From Gemmatimonadales bacterium (GTDB lineage: Bacteria; Gemmatimonadota; Gemmatimonadetes; Gemmatimonadales; GWC2-71-9), in NCBI GenBank assembly GCA_052389555.1, contig JBQTHV010000172.1:326-64325 (forward strand): 64,000 bases of DNA, given 5' to 3'. Both the position numbers and the translations under genes were made by a program. Below the pieces are notes generated by a model. It was given only the letters and a program-made list of their open reading frames with translations, was not told the origin of the DNA and did no database searches. Shown in pieces: positions 1-10,304 of this stretch. How positions within the stretch are numbered: position 1 is the first letter of the stretch; each line of letters starts with the position of its first letter.

Positions 1-266
1 CCGCATGTAGGTACCGCCGCTCTGGTGCATGGGCCACGGCTCGAAGTCGTGGAACAGCATCTCGACGTTGGTAAAGGCGGCATCGGCCCGCCGGATCAGC
101 TCGATCAGGCCGGTGAATTCAGGCTCCTGGTAGACCGAAAGCCTGCGGGTTATGATGGCGTCGCCGGTGAGCGCGAAGGTGAACTGCCGCTGCGCCGCCG
201 CGGCCGTCGGTGTCGCGAGCGTGAGTCCGAAGGCCAGCCGGAACCAGGCTCTGATCATACGAGGTT

Positions 267-1418
267 TCAAGGGCTCGCGACCCCGGGGCAGCGAGTTTCG
301 CAACGGGCCCGGATAACCCGGTCGACGAACCCGAAATATTGATCGCGAGTCACGCTCCGCTGCCGGCCCGGCACGGTCTTGTGGGCGATCACCATGTCGA
401 GCTTCGGGATCACCGTGATGAACTGGCCCACCGCGCCGATGCCGGTGTAGGCGCCTTCCCACGGTCCCGTCGCCATCGGTCCATCAAAGACCCACCACAA
501 ATATCCGTATCCCAGCCGGCCGCCGCGTATTCGCTCGGGGTTCATCTCGTTCCAGCGGGTTACCGGTTTCGTGATGCGGCCGACCCAATCGGCGGGAACC
601 ACCTGGCGGCCGTTCCATCTTCCACCGCGCAGGATCAAGAGCCCGATCCGGGCCATGTCGCGGGTCGAGAGCCACATGTGATACGCCAGGTGCTTCGACT
701 GGGTGGTGTCGCCCGACTTCCGCTGCATCGCCCGATTGAAATCTTCCATCGCAATGGGCCGGGCAAGGTCGCTTTCCAGCGCGTCGTAGATGTTGCGGCC
801 GGTCTCCTGCTCGAAGATGGTGCCCAGCGCGTTGAAGTCCCAGTTGCTGTAGAGGAAGTACGTGCCGTGGCCCTGCGATCCCCGGGGGGGAGCGTCGGCC
901 AGGTTGTCGCCGGCGTTCGAGGCCGGATGGTACACCCCCGACCGGGCTCCGAGGAGATCGGCGATGGTCGCCTCTTTTTCCTGGTCGCTCAGACCGCCGC
1001 GGTCGTCGATTCCTAACTCACGCAGAGTCTTATCGAGCCGGACTTGGCCACGAGCCACATAGTTGCCGTACAGCATGGCAAGGACGCTCTTCCGAACCGA
1101 CGCGAGATAACTCATGGTATCGAGGTCCCCATAGCTCAGGAGGATGCGGCCGCCGACGGCCACCAGAGCGGCAGCAGTGTGGAGGGTGCCGAGATACGCG
1201 GCCGCTGAATCGAGACCGGGACGGGAGTAGCCCGAGCTTTCCGGGACCGCGATCCGCCCCCAGGTTGTGCCGGGATAGACGGATGGAGTGACGACGAGCG
1301 GGGTGACGGCATCCGGGCCGGTCCGGCTCGCCCCTCCGCAGGAGAAGAGCCCGGTGGCCAACCCGAAGAGCAGGGAGCGGGCCGCGCGATGGGGCCGCGC
1401 CATGAGGCGGGCGGACAC
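267..1418 (-). CDS. serine hydrolase, beta-lactamase/PBP-like family
   Basis: 383-aa ORF. Has S-x-x-K motif (ASVRKS), a hydrophobic N-terminal signal-like segment, and a C-terminal GYGYLWW / TGIGAVGQ region typical of class-C-fold serine hydrolases. Confidence 0.8.
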   Translation of the reverse strand: MSARLMARPHRAARSLLFGLATGLFSCGGASRTGPDAVTPLVVTPSVYPGTTWGRIAVPESSGYSRPGLDSAAAYLGTLHTAAALVAVGGRILLSYGDLDTMSYLASVRKSVLAMLYGNYVARGQVRLDKTLRELGIDDRGGLSDQEKEATIADLLGARSGVYHPASNAGDNLADAPPRGSQGHGTYFLYSNWDFNALGTIFEQETGRNIYDALESDLARPIAMEDFNRAMQRKSGDTTQSKHLAYHMWLSTRDMARIGLLILRGGRWNGRQVVPADWVGRITKPVTRWNEMNPERIRGGRLGYGYLWWVFDGPMATGPWEGAYTGIGAVGQFITVIPKLDMVIAHKTVPGRQRSVTRDQYFGFVDRVIRARCETRCPGVASP

Positions 1419-1519
1419 GGGAGTCGGAGTCCTGGGTAAGATACGATCGAGTGTACCTTACCCTTCCCCCCGACGCCAGATAGCGGCGAGTCGGGCCTGA
1501 ACCGCTAGGACCCGCTATA

Positions 1520-2734
1520 ATGCGCCGATTCTGCCCGATTCTGGGCGCCACGCTCGCTGGGCTCGTTGGGTGCGACACCGGATCCCCAAGGCTGGGCATT
1601 CCAACCACGGACACACTTCCCGGCGGGATTGTGCGGGTTACCAGTCCCGCCCCCACGGCCTGGACCGGCGAGCAGGGCTGGCGGTTCGTCGAAGACCTCC
1701 GGATCAACCCGCCCGATGGTGCCCCGGGCGAGCTCATCAATCCTCAGAGCGTGGCTGTCGATGAAGCGGGTCGGATCTACGTAGCCGACCAGCGGCCGGC
1801 GGTCATCAAGGTGTTCGATGCCGAGGGGCGCTTCGTCCGCACCATCGGTCGCGACGGCGAGGGGCCGGGCGAGTTCCGCGTCGCGTACATCGCGGCTGGG
1901 TTCGGCAGCCTGGTCGTCCACGATCCGCGGCTCGCCCGCACCTCGGCCTTCGATACCGCCGGCGCCTACCTGCGAAGCTGGCGATCGGCCTGCTGCGTGT
2001 GGTCGCGCATTATCCTCGACCAGGCGCAGCGGATCTGGATCCCGGTCTCCATGGACGCGGCAGGAACCGGGTCCCGCGCGAGCCATCTGCGATTCACCCT
2101 CGACGGGAGCATCATCGACACGGTCTTCATGCCGCTTCGAGAGGAAGGCAAAGGGTGGGAGATCAAAATCGAATCGGGCAATACCCGGCGGACCTTCGGC
2201 ACGACCGTTCCGCTGCTTGCCCGCCTCGAATCGACCGTGTCGCCCCAGGGCTTGGTGGTACACGGATGGAGCGGGGCCTACGAGCTTGCTTCGGGGCCGA
2301 ATGGTCTCGATACGCTGAGGATCGTGCGGCGGGCGTGGACTGCAGGACCAATCACGGAGGCTCGCAAGCGTCAGATCGTCGAGGAGATGATTCAGAACTC
2401 GCGAACGTGGATGCAAGGCGTCGATACCGCCGATATGCGGCGCGCCTTCCGGCTGGAGGACATCCCATCCACGGCGCCGGCGTTCGAGGCGTTGGCCATG
2501 GATCTCGAAGGGAACACCTGGGTTCGACTCGGCCCAACCGAATCGGGAGAAGACCGGTACGATGTCTTCGACTCGACCGGCGCCTGGCTGGGCGAGACAG
2601 TCCTCCGGCTTCGGCGTGCCGGCGGGCCCTACACGGTGTGGGGCAATGGGTGGATCGTCGAGGCGCAGGAAGATGCCGACGGCCGGCCGGTCATCGTCCG
2701 CCTTCGGCGCCAGCTGCGCAGATCCTCGCGGTGA
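1520..2734 (+). CDS. 6-bladed beta-propeller (NHL/TolB-like) lipoprotein
   Basis: 404-aa ORF with lipobox LAGLVGC and blade signature GRIYVAD..VFDAEGRFVRTIGRDGEGPGEF. Paralog of 18146..19402. Confidence 0.75.
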   Translation: MRRFCPILGATLAGLVGCDTGSPRLGIPTTDTLPGGIVRVTSPAPTAWTGEQGWRFVEDLRINPPDGAPGELINPQSVAVDEAGRIYVADQRPAVIKVFDAEGRFVRTIGRDGEGPGEFRVAYIAAGFGSLVVHDPRLARTSAFDTAGAYLRSWRSACCVWSRIILDQAQRIWIPVSMDAAGTGSRASHLRFTLDGSIIDTVFMPLREEGKGWEIKIESGNTRRTFGTTVPLLARLESTVSPQGLVVHGWSGAYELASGPNGLDTLRIVRRAWTAGPITEARKRQIVEEMIQNSRTWMQGVDTADMRRAFRLEDIPSTAPAFEALAMDLEGNTWVRLGPTESGEDRYDVFDSTGAWLGETVLRLRRAGGPYTVWGNGWIVEAQEDADGRPVIVRLRRQLRRSSR

Positions 2735-2779
2735 CGCTGCCTCGGGATCGTCAGAAAACGGACGCTAGGGAGGCGCAAC

Positions 2780-3280
2780 GTGTCACAGCGTGATATGCTC
2801 ATGGAATCCCTCGACCGCGCCTATAATAGCCGTTCCTGGCATGGCACCAATCTTCGCGGCTCCCTTCGTGGACTCAGCCTCGCGCAAGCCACCTGGCGCC
2901 CGGGCCGGGGACGCCACAACATCTGGGAGTTGGTAGTCCACGCCGCCTACTGGAAGTATGTCGTGTGGCGGCGGCTCACCGGCCGGAAGCGGGGATCCTT
3001 TCCCCTCGAGGGATCGAATTGGTTCAGACGCCTGGAGACGAGCCCGAGCGCCGGAAGCAATCGGGAGCGGGCGTGGAGACAGGATCTCGCCCTATTGGAT
3101 CAAATGCACGAAGAGCTGCGAAAGGCGGTCGCGCGAATTCCCAACCGGAAGTTGGATCGCCGAGCGCCCGGTCCGGGTACTTTCTCGAACCTCGCCATGA
3201 TCCTGGGCGTTGCGGCGCACGATCTCTATCACGCCGGCCAGATCCAGCTCCTCAAGCGGCTCTACGAGGGGAAGAGGTGA
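2780..3280 (+). CDS. DinB family protein
   Basis: 166-aa ORF with a DinB-type four-helix His pattern (HAAYWKY..., AHDLYHAGQIQLLKR). The stop codon lies inside the left arm of a repeat hairpin. Confidence 0.8.
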   Translation: MSQRDMLMESLDRAYNSRSWHGTNLRGSLRGLSLAQATWRPGRGRHNIWELVVHAAYWKYVVWRRLTGRKRGSFPLEGSNWFRRLETSPSAGSNRERAWRQDLALLDQMHEELRKAVARIPNRKLDRRAPGPGTFSNLAMILGVAAHDLYHAGQIQLLKRLYEGKR

Positions 3281-3324
3281 GAGGTAAGAGGTGTTGTGAC
3301 CTCTCACCTCTCACCTCTCACCTT
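3271..3324. repeat. zipper hairpin built from GAGAGGT heptamers (family 1)
   Basis: GAAGAGGTGAGAGGTAAGAGGTG - ttgtg - ACCTCTCACCTCTCACCTCTCACC. Lies between the convergent DinB and lipoprotein genes, so it is a possible bidirectional terminator. Confidence 0.85.
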
Positions 3325-3336
3325 ATCGTCTTCCGG

Positions 3337-4101
3337 TCAGTCGTCGAACTTGACTTCCTGGAATCCGTTCTTGAGCTCGGCCTCAAACTCGAGCAGCTCC
3401 CCGGTCGCCGCGAAGTCGAACGCTGAGAGATCCAGGACGGTCCCGTCGAACCGTCGGAACCAGACCGAAGGGTCCAGTTCGATGGTGACCGTTTCGTTGT
3501 CCTGATCCACGACCAGCGGCGGGACCAGCGCCTTCTCGATTTCGATCTCGGCATCGAAGAAGACCGTGAACGGAACCGGCTGGCCCCCGGTCGGCGTAAA
3601 GGTGCCGACCACCACCATGCTCGCCTTTTCGGGCCAGTTGGGGAATGCCGCGCGTGCCGCCGCGGCTACCGCCTCGATTTCCCCTTCTTCCTCATCGTCG
3701 TCATCGAAATCGATGTCCTCGACCTCGAACTCCAGCTCGTGGTAGGTGCCGGCCGGAACCATCGCCGTGACGGCAACCAGGTTGTCGCCGTCGAGGGGGA
3801 GCCGGACGAAGACCGGCGGCGCCTCGAACTCTTCGCAACCATCGTCCGATCCCTGGCTCTCGCACGCGTCGTCGTCCGCTTCCAGCTCGAACTCGTTCAC
3901 GATGAAGCTGATGTCGCTGATGCGGAGCGTCCCGTTGGACCCGGTGATCACCAGATCGTTGCCATTGACGGACCCGGCCGCCGCGGAGGTACGGAACCGG
4001 ATCCCGACTCGACTCTGCTCTCCCGGGGCGAGGGGATCATTGCTGCAGGCGCACACCCCGACCAGAAGGAGGAGCCCTGCCAGAGTGCTCTCGATTTTCA
4101 T
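3337..4101 (-). CDS. acidic lipoprotein of unknown function (possibly DUF4382-like)
   Basis: 254-aa ORF with signal plus lipobox LLVGVCAC and long D/E-rich stretches. The family assignment is from memory only. Confidence 0.65.
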   Translation of the reverse strand: MKIESTLAGLLLLVGVCACSNDPLAPGEQSRVGIRFRTSAAAGSVNGNDLVITGSNGTLRISDISFIVNEFELEADDDACESQGSDDGCEEFEAPPVFVRLPLDGDNLVAVTAMVPAGTYHELEFEVEDIDFDDDDEEEGEIEAVAAAARAAFPNWPEKASMVVVGTFTPTGGQPVPFTVFFDAEIEIEKALVPPLVVDQDNETVTIELDPSVWFRRFDGTVLDLSAFDFAATGELLEFEAELKNGFQEVKFDD

Positions 4102-4197
4102 AGCTTACCTCGGCTGTCTCGATTCGATCCAGCGGCGGAACGATAGATCCGCCTTCGGTCATGGAGACGATCGAGGGTGCCTTGGGGAGACAGGCAG

Positions 4198-5673
4198 CTA
4201 ATGGCGGGACGGCTCGATATCCACCTGGATCGCGCGCCACTTCCCCTGGCGGAACCGCAGCACGCTCAGGCCGCTGCGGGTCGCGTGGCCCAGCAGGATC
4301 GCGAGCCAGATGTCGGCCGGTCGTAACCCGCGGCTGGCCTCGAGGAGGGTGAGCAGGCCAAGGGGCAGCGCGACCTGGGAAATGAGGCTGATGACGAGGG
4401 GGGAACGGGTGTCTCCGGTGCCCTGCAGGCCGCCGGTGTAGGTGAGCGCGGTCGTCACCAGCAATCCCGAGAGACTCAGGAAACGCAGGAGCTGGGTACC
4501 GATTCCAACCACCACCGGGTCGGTCATGCCGAAGAGCCCGAGGAGTTGCCCCGGAATGGTGAGAAAGAGCGTGCCCACCGTGGCCGCGAGGCCGAGCCCG
4601 AAGTAGGCCGCCACGTGCACCGACTGGACGGAGCGCTCCGGCTGTTTGGCGCCCAGGTTCTGGCCCGCCACGGCCGCCGCGGCGCCCATGAGCCCCACCG
4701 ACGTCCAGGTGATCAGCGAGAACAACTCGGTGTATCCCACGGCATAGGCCGCCTGGGCCTGGGCGCTCTGCTCGAGCGAACCGATGAACCTGAGCAGCAG
4801 CACGCCCGCGACGTTCATCGCGATCCCCTGCACGCCCGCGGGCAGTCCGAACCGAAAGAGGGAGCGGATCACCGCCCAGTCCGGGCGCTTGTCCATGCCT
4901 CGCGGCCAGTGGATCACCATCCGCCCGGTGGTGAGCAGATAGAGCGCGATCCCGCTCACGATCGCGCCCGCGATCACCGTCCCGAGCCCGGCGCCCGCGG
5001 TGCCCAGCGCCGGAATCGGCCCTAACCCGCGGATCAGGATGACATTCAGGGTGATGTTGAGCGCGGTGAGCAGAATGCCGAGCCGCATCGGGGTGCGCGC
5101 GTCGCCGGCCGAGCGGAGCGCGGCACTCAGCATGAAGAAGAGCATCATGCCGAAGCTGGCCACCAGCATGATTCGCAGGTAGGGGAGCGCCTGGGCCTGG
5201 ACCTCGGGCGTGGCATGCACCAGCCGGAGCAGGGCGGGCGACAGCACCCAGCCGAGCGGGGCAAGGATGATGAGCGCCATGCCAAGCGAGGCAATGAATG
5301 CCTGGTAGACGGTGCGATTCACCTTGTCGGGCTCGTTGGCCCCGGCGAACCGCGCCACCAACACGCTCATCCCCGTGAACAGCGAGTTCACGAAAATGAT
5401 CACGACGATGAAGATCTGAATCGAGACCCCGATCGCGGCGTTGGCGGTGTAGCCGACGAAATGGCCCACCATGGCGTGATCGATCAGGCCCTGCATCCCC
5501 CCGATCACGTTCTGGATCATGGTGGGCCAGGCGAGCTTCCAGACCGCCCGCGCGATCGGCCCTTCGACGATGGCGCGGTCGAAGGGTTTCCCGCCCGGCC
5601 GGGGTGGCGGTGGCTCGGCGCTCGGCACTCGGCGCTCGGCGGCGCTCGGCCGCTCGGCGGGGGGTGAGGTCAA
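4198..5673 (-). CDS. MATE family efflux transporter
   Basis: 491-aa ORF, about 12 predicted TM helices, N-terminal MATE signature WPTMIQNVIGGMQGLIDHAMVGH. The N-terminal tail is encoded by a GCTCGGCG-type repeat array. Confidence 0.9.
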   Translation of the reverse strand: MTSPPAERPSAAERRVPSAEPPPPRPGGKPFDRAIVEGPIARAVWKLAWPTMIQNVIGGMQGLIDHAMVGHFVGYTANAAIGVSIQIFIVVIIFVNSLFTGMSVLVARFAGANEPDKVNRTVYQAFIASLGMALIILAPLGWVLSPALLRLVHATPEVQAQALPYLRIMLVASFGMMLFFMLSAALRSAGDARTPMRLGILLTALNITLNVILIRGLGPIPALGTAGAGLGTVIAGAIVSGIALYLLTTGRMVIHWPRGMDKRPDWAVIRSLFRFGLPAGVQGIAMNVAGVLLLRFIGSLEQSAQAQAAYAVGYTELFSLITWTSVGLMGAAAAVAGQNLGAKQPERSVQSVHVAAYFGLGLAATVGTLFLTIPGQLLGLFGMTDPVVVGIGTQLLRFLSLSGLLVTTALTYTGGLQGTGDTRSPLVISLISQVALPLGLLTLLEASRGLRPADIWLAILLGHATRSGLSVLRFRQGKWRAIQVDIEPSRH

Positions 5674-5682
5674 GCGCGCATT

Positions 5683-6165
5683 TTAACCGCGCCGGACGTA
5701 GTCGTCGAGCCGGTCGAAGCTTCTGGCCGCCCCATCCCTCATGCCGCTCTCCATGGCACGATCGCGCGCTTCCTTCGAGGGGTAGCGGATGGTCACGGTC
5801 ATCCGGGTGCCGCCGTTCTCCTCGGTGAGTACCAACGTGTTTACCGTCTGGGGCCAGTCGCCGCCCCACGCCTCGGTGTGGACCAGCCGCTCCGGCGGCT
5901 TCACTTCCCGATAGGTCCCTCGCATCTCCATCTCGGTACCGTCGGTCCGGCGCCAGGCGTAATGCCAGGCGCCACCGGGCCGAAGGTCGATTTCGCAAGT
6001 CGGCATGCTCCATCCCTCGGGGCCGAGCATCCAGTGCGGGACGTGGCGGGGATCGGTCCAGGCCTCCCACACCTTCTGGCGCGGTGCGTCGAACCAGCGG
6101 GTAAAAGCGAACTCCCGGTCCGAGGGGGTGCTGAAGGCGGTGGGGTTGGTTCGAGCGGCAGACAT
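5683..6165 (-). CDS. SRPBCC / AHSA1 (Aha1-like) domain protein
   Basis: Internal ATG at 6165 (MSAARTNPTAF...). FTRWFDAPRQKVWEAWTDP and the C-terminal SFDRLDDY are typical of ArsR-linked AHSA1 proteins. The longer ORF to 6261 would overlap the upstream regulator. Confidence 0.8.
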   Translation of the reverse strand: MSAARTNPTAFSTPSDREFAFTRWFDAPRQKVWEAWTDPRHVPHWMLGPEGWSMPTCEIDLRPGGAWHYAWRRTDGTEMEMRGTYREVKPPERLVHTEAWGGDWPQTVNTLVLTEENGGTRMTVTIRYPSKEARDRAMESGMRDGAARSFDRLDDYVRRG

Positions 6166-6202
6166 CAGGCACTCTCCGATCGGGTGAAGTGGTACGGTGG
6201 CA

Positions 6203-6568
6203 CTACCGTCGCCGGCGGCGCGGTCGCTTCTCGCCGTCCCCGAGGTGCTTGAGGTAGGCATCCAGGCGGTCGAGACTCGCTTCCCAGAACCGGCGATACC
6301 GAGCGACCCACCCGGCGGCCTCCTTGAGGGGACGGGGGTCGAGCCGGCAGGGCCGCCACTGGGCCTCGCGGCCCCGAGTGATGAGGCCGGCCCGCTCGAG
6401 GACCCGGAGGTGCTTGGAGATGGCGGGGAGGCTCATGGCGAACGGGCGGGCCAGCTCGGTGACGGCCGCCTCTCCCCTGGCCAGGCGGGCCAGGATAGCC
6501 CGCCGGGTGGGATCGGCCAGGGCGGCAAAGGTGGCGTCCAGACGGCGGGGCGCGGCAAGCTGAACCAT
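6203..6568 (-). CDS. ArsR/SmtB family transcriptional regulator
   Basis: 121-aa ORF with winged-HTH signature LADPTRRAILARLARGEAAVTELARPFAMSLPAISKHLRVLERAGLI. Confidence 0.85.
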   Translation of the reverse strand: MVQLAAPRRLDATFAALADPTRRAILARLARGEAAVTELARPFAMSLPAISKHLRVLERAGLITRGREAQWRPCRLDPRPLKEAAGWVARYRRFWEASLDRLDAYLKHLGDGEKRPRRRRR

Positions 6569-6616
6569 ATGGTTAAATAACTAATAGGTTAACTATGATT
6601 GCGCAAGAGGCAAGCA

Positions 6617-6639
6617 GTGAGAGGTGAGAGGTGAGAGGT
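6617..6639. repeat. three direct GAGAGGT heptamers (family 1, no inverted partner)
   Basis: GTGAGAGGTGAGAGGTGAGAGGT in the nadE/arsR-family spacer. A small perfect hairpin GGGTAC-cgaaa-GTACCC follows at about 6664-6680. Confidence 0.8.
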
Positions 6640-6743
6640 CCCATAAACACTACGCTCGGCAGGGTGGGTACCGAAAGTACCCGAACCGGATCGTTTCTTC
6701 CCCGTCGAGCCGTCCCTGGCCCCTGTTCCCCGGCCTCCGGCCC

Positions 6744-8807
6744 CTACGTATTCGGCACGTTCCGCCGCAACTCATCCAGCCACACCGTAGCCGTCGCATC
6801 GCTGGGTGCCCGCCAGTCCCCTCGCGGCGAAAGGGAACCGCCCGACCCCACCTTCGGCGCGTTAGGCAACGCCGAGCGCTTGAACTGGCTCTGCTCGAAA
6901 AAGCGCAGCAGAAACACCTCGAGCCATCGCGTGATCTCTGCGAGCGTGTACTGATGCCGGCGCTCCGGCGGTAGCAGCTCGGGCCAGGTGCCCCGCTCCC
7001 GATCACCCCAGGCCTGGTGCGCGAGGTATGCCACCTTGCTGGGCCGGAACCCGAAGCGGGCGGTGTAGTACAGGTGAAAGTCTTGCAGCTCGAAGGGACC
7101 CACCACCTCCTCGGTGCTCTGCAGCACGTCTCCGGAGGCCGGAACGAGCTCGGGCGAGATCGCCGTCTCGAGAATGGAGTGCAGCGTCTCGTTCACGTCG
7201 GCCGGGAACTCACCCGACCTCGCGACCCATCGGATGAGGTATTGAATCAGGGTCTTGGGGATGGACGCGTTGACGCTGTAGTGCGCCATCTGGTCGCCCA
7301 CCCCATAGGTCGTCCAGCCCAGCGCGAGCTCGCTCAGGTCGCTGGTCCCCACCACCAGGCCGCCGTGGAAGTTGGCCAGCCGGAACAGGTGGGAGGTCCG
7401 CTCCCCCGCTTGCACGTTCTCGTAGGTCCGGTCGTGGACCGGCTTCCCTTCGGCCGCCGGATGGCCCAGGTCCCGCAGCATCTGCTGGGCCGAAGGCCGA
7501 ATGTCGATCTCGCCGGCGGTGATGCCGAGCGCCCGCATCAGGCGCCGGGCGTTCGTGCGGGTTAGGTCGCTCGTCGCGAAGCCGGGCAGTGAGAAGCCCA
7601 GCACGTTGGTGCGCGGCAGGCCGAGGCGGTCCATCGTCCGGGCCGCGACCAGCACCGCCTGAGTCGAGTCCAGCCCTCCCGATACGCCCATGACCACGTT
7701 CTCGATGCCGGTGCCGGCGAGCCGCTGGGCCAGGCCATGGACCTGGATGTGGTACGCCTCGTAGCAGCGGGCATCGAGCTGGGCGGGATCGCTTGGCACG
7801 TAGGGAAACCGCTCGACGGTCCGGCGGAGCTCCTGGGACCCAGGGGGGACCTCGAACGCGAAGGGGACCCGCCGAAGTTCCCTAACCCGCTCCCGGTATT
7901 CACCCGCCTGGTCGTTGAAGCTGGTGAGCCGGGAGCGTTCCTGCACGAGCCGCTCGAGGTCGAGGTCGGCCACCGTGAGCTGCTCGTCCGCAGCAAAGCG
8001 CGAGGATTCGGCCAGCAGCACGCCATTCTCGTAAACCAGGGCCTGGCCATCCCAGGCGAGATCGGTAGTCGATTCGCCGGCGCCCGACGCGGAGTAGAGA
8101 TAGGCGGCGACGCACTTGGCGGACTGGCCGGCGCAGAGCTGCCGCCGGTAGTCCGCCTTCCCGATCGTGATATTACTGGCCGAGAGGTTGGCCAGGATCG
8201 TCGCGCCGGCCAGGGCTCCCCAGGTGCTGGGCGGGATCGGGACCCACACGTCCTCACAGATCTCCACAAACAGCGCGAACCCATCGAGGTTGGTCGCTTC
8301 GAAGATCAGGTCATTGCCGAACGGGATCGCCTGGCCGAGCAGACCGACCTCGCGTCCCACCGCCAGCCCGCCCGGCGTGAACTGGCGGCGTTCATAGAAC
8401 TCGCGGTAGTTCGGCAGATAGCTCTTGGGAGTGACGCCGAGGAGACGGCCCCGGTAGATCACCACGGCGCAGTTGAAGAGCTTGCCTTCGAATCGGAGCG
8501 GGGCGCCGACGATCAGCACCGGGGAGAGCGACCGGCTCTCGGTAATCAGCCGATCGAGGGAGCTCAGGACGGCATCGAGCAGCGCGTCCTGCTGGTGGAG
8601 GTCGTCGTTGCTGTAGGCGGAGAGCCCCAACTCGGGGAAGAGGGCGACAGCGGCGTCGAGTTCCGAGGCTCGGCGCGCGAGCCCGAGGGTGCGCTCAAGA
8701 TTGAAGGCGGGATCGGCAATCCTAACCCGCGGCGTCGCGACCGCGCCGCGGATGAACCCGTGCCGGTAGATCGAGCGGAAGGGGAGAGACGCGGGCGGCC
8801 GGTTCAC
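6744..8807 (-). CDS. nadE: glutamine-dependent NAD+ synthetase (long form with N-terminal nitrilase domain)
   Basis: 687-aa ORF with an N-terminal carbon-nitrogen hydrolase domain and a C-terminal synthetase domain carrying the SGGLDS PP-loop. Confidence 0.92.
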   Translation of the reverse strand: MNRPPASLPFRSIYRHGFIRGAVATPRVRIADPAFNLERTLGLARRASELDAAVALFPELGLSAYSNDDLHQQDALLDAVLSSLDRLITESRSLSPVLIVGAPLRFEGKLFNCAVVIYRGRLLGVTPKSYLPNYREFYERRQFTPGGLAVGREVGLLGQAIPFGNDLIFEATNLDGFALFVEICEDVWVPIPPSTWGALAGATILANLSASNITIGKADYRRQLCAGQSAKCVAAYLYSASGAGESTTDLAWDGQALVYENGVLLAESSRFAADEQLTVADLDLERLVQERSRLTSFNDQAGEYRERVRELRRVPFAFEVPPGSQELRRTVERFPYVPSDPAQLDARCYEAYHIQVHGLAQRLAGTGIENVVMGVSGGLDSTQAVLVAARTMDRLGLPRTNVLGFSLPGFATSDLTRTNARRLMRALGITAGEIDIRPSAQQMLRDLGHPAAEGKPVHDRTYENVQAGERTSHLFRLANFHGGLVVGTSDLSELALGWTTYGVGDQMAHYSVNASIPKTLIQYLIRWVARSGEFPADVNETLHSILETAISPELVPASGDVLQSTEEVVGPFELQDFHLYYTARFGFRPSKVAYLAHQAWGDRERGTWPELLPPERRHQYTLAEITRWLEVFLLRFFEQSQFKRSALPNAPKVGSGGSLSPRGDWRAPSDATATVWLDELRRNVPNT

Positions 8808-9493
8808 GACCGGGCCACGCTTTCCTCGCGCAACGCCCTGACCGAGGTGACCGTCACGCCCGCCTGGGTGAGCTCGCGCCGGACCCGCTCATCGCTGGCA
8901 GGATCGACCGGCCGGGTGAGGTCCCAGAGAAACATGGCCCGGAACCCCGCCGCCGCGGCGTCCTCGGCGCTCCACTTGACGCAGTAGTCACGGGCCAGCC
9001 CGCAGAGCAACACGGTGTCGATACCTCGCTCCCGCAGGTAGCCCGCGAGACCCGTCGGCGGGCGCTCCCCATGCCGGTCCCAGTTGTTGCGAAATCCGCT
9101 GTAGGAGTCGGTATCCGGGTCGGTCCCCTTGCGGATGATGGCCGCGATGCGCTCGGTCGGCAGGTCGGGATGGAGCGCGGCGCCGGGGGTCCCCTGCACG
9201 CAGTGGTCCGGCCACAAGGTCTCTTCGTGCCCGTGCACCTGGATCACGTCGAACGGCTGGTGACCGGGATGACTGCTCGCGAACGACACATGGCCCCGCG
9301 GGTGCCAGTCCTGGGTTGCCACGCACAGGGCGAACTCGCCGCTGTTGACCAGCTGACGGATCGGCGCGACGACTTCATCGCCCTGCCGCACCGGCAACGC
9401 GCCGCTTGGCAGGAAGTCGGGCTGGAGATCGACCACGATGAGCGCCGAACGCCAGGGTTCGCGATCGAGCGGTGAGGATGAGGCTATCGGCAT
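8804..9493 (-). CDS. pncA: nicotinamidase/pyrazinamidase (isochorismatase family)
   Basis: [19 protein letters not shown], a WPDHCVQGT metal/active-site region and CGLARDYCV catalytic Cys. Start taken at the internal ATG (MPIASSS). The stop overlaps the nadE start by 4 nt. Confidence 0.85.
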   Translation of the reverse strand: MPIASSSPLDREPWRSALIVVDLQPDFLPSGALPVRQGDEVVAPIRQLVNSGEFALCVATQDWHPRGHVSFASSHPGHQPFDVIQVHGHEETLWPDHCVQGTPGAALHPDLPTERIAAIIRKGTDPDTDSYSGFRNNWDRHGERPPTGLAGYLRERGIDTVLLCGLARDYCVKWSAEDAAAAGFRAMFLWDLTRPVDPASDERVRRELTQAGVTVTSVRALREESVARS

Positions 9494-9623
9494 GCGCACC
9501 TCCGGTACCGGGAAGCTAGGAAATCCGAGTACCACGCTCAAGGTTTCGCGAACTGGTGTCGTTGGCGACTGCCAGGTTTGTGGAGTACACTACCGTCCGG
9601 CGCACCGGCATCGAGGAACCGCC

Positions 9624-10121
9624 ATGACACGTCTGTCTCGCCCAGTCCGGGAAGGCTTGATCGTGGGTTTCCTGGCCTACCTGTCGGTGGCGGTGTTCTA
9701 TGCGCTGTTCGATCTGCTCGCGGCTCGGGGCCCGCTCTACACCGTGAACATGGTGGGCCAGGCCGTCTTCCGGGGCCTCCGGGATCCCGCCGTGCTCCAG
9801 CTCCCGGTGCCGCTCGACACGGGGGCGATCTTCACGTACAACGCCCTCCACCTGTTCGTGTCGTTGGCCATCGGGATCATCGTGGTCCAGCTCGTGGCGC
9901 AGGCGGAGCGAACCCCGGCGCGGGGCCGCCTGGCCCTGGCGGTCATCGTGGCAGGATTCGGGGTAACGATCCTGGCGGTAGGATTCCTAACCCGCTCAAT
10001 CCGTCCTGTGCTGCCCTGGTGGTCGATCGTGGTGGCCAACGGACTGGCGGTGGTGCTGGCCGGATTCTATCTGACCCGCCGGCATCCGGGGATCTGGCGG
10101 CGCCTCGCCTACGCGACCTGA
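9624..10121 (+). CDS. hypothetical integral membrane protein
   Basis: Start at ATG 9624 preceded by GAGGA. Four hydrophobic helices and no recognised family. Confidence 0.55.
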   Translation: MTRLSRPVREGLIVGFLAYLSVAVFYALFDLLAARGPLYTVNMVGQAVFRGLRDPAVLQLPVPLDTGAIFTYNALHLFVSLAIGIIVVQLVAQAERTPARGRLALAVIVAGFGVTILAVGFLTRSIRPVLPWWSIVVANGLAVVLAGFYLTRRHPGIWRRLAYAT

Positions 10122-10154
10122 CGGGTCGGGCGCGCTCGTCATGACCCATCGCGT

Positions 10155-10221
10155 GGCTCGGCACCCGGCGCTCGGCGCTCAACGCCCGGTACCCGGCACT
10201 CGGCACTCGGGGCTCGGCACC
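10155..10221. repeat. tandem GCTCGGC(N) octamer array (intergenic)
   Basis: GGCTCGGCACCCGGCGCTCGGCGCTCAACGCCCGGTACCCGGCACTCGGCACTCGGGGCTCGGCACC. The same word family occurs at 5617, 14888, 30885, 44085-44465, 53643 and 56690. Confidence 0.8.
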
Positions 10222-10304
10222 TGGCCGGGCGGTCAGACCCGCGTTTGACCACGCGGCTCTACAGGGTCAATTTCTTCGCGTCCATTCCTCATCCGGTTGA
10301 TTCC

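Noticed and set aside
4037-6172. 711-aa ORF on the minus strand
   Set aside because: It is Arg/Pro/Gly/His-rich low-complexity translation. It lies out of frame over the well-supported MATE and AHSA1 genes. This is a typical high-GC shadow ORF.
6624-7006. Overlapping 107-118-aa ORFs around the nadE 3' end
   Set aside because: They are mutually overlapping shadow frames partly inside nadE. The spacer 6569-6743 is better explained as non-coding, with repeats and a small hairpin.
7737-8987. 416-aa ORF antisense to nadE
   Set aside because: It is a shadow ORF. nadE (SGGLDS, nitrilase domain) occupies the opposite strand.
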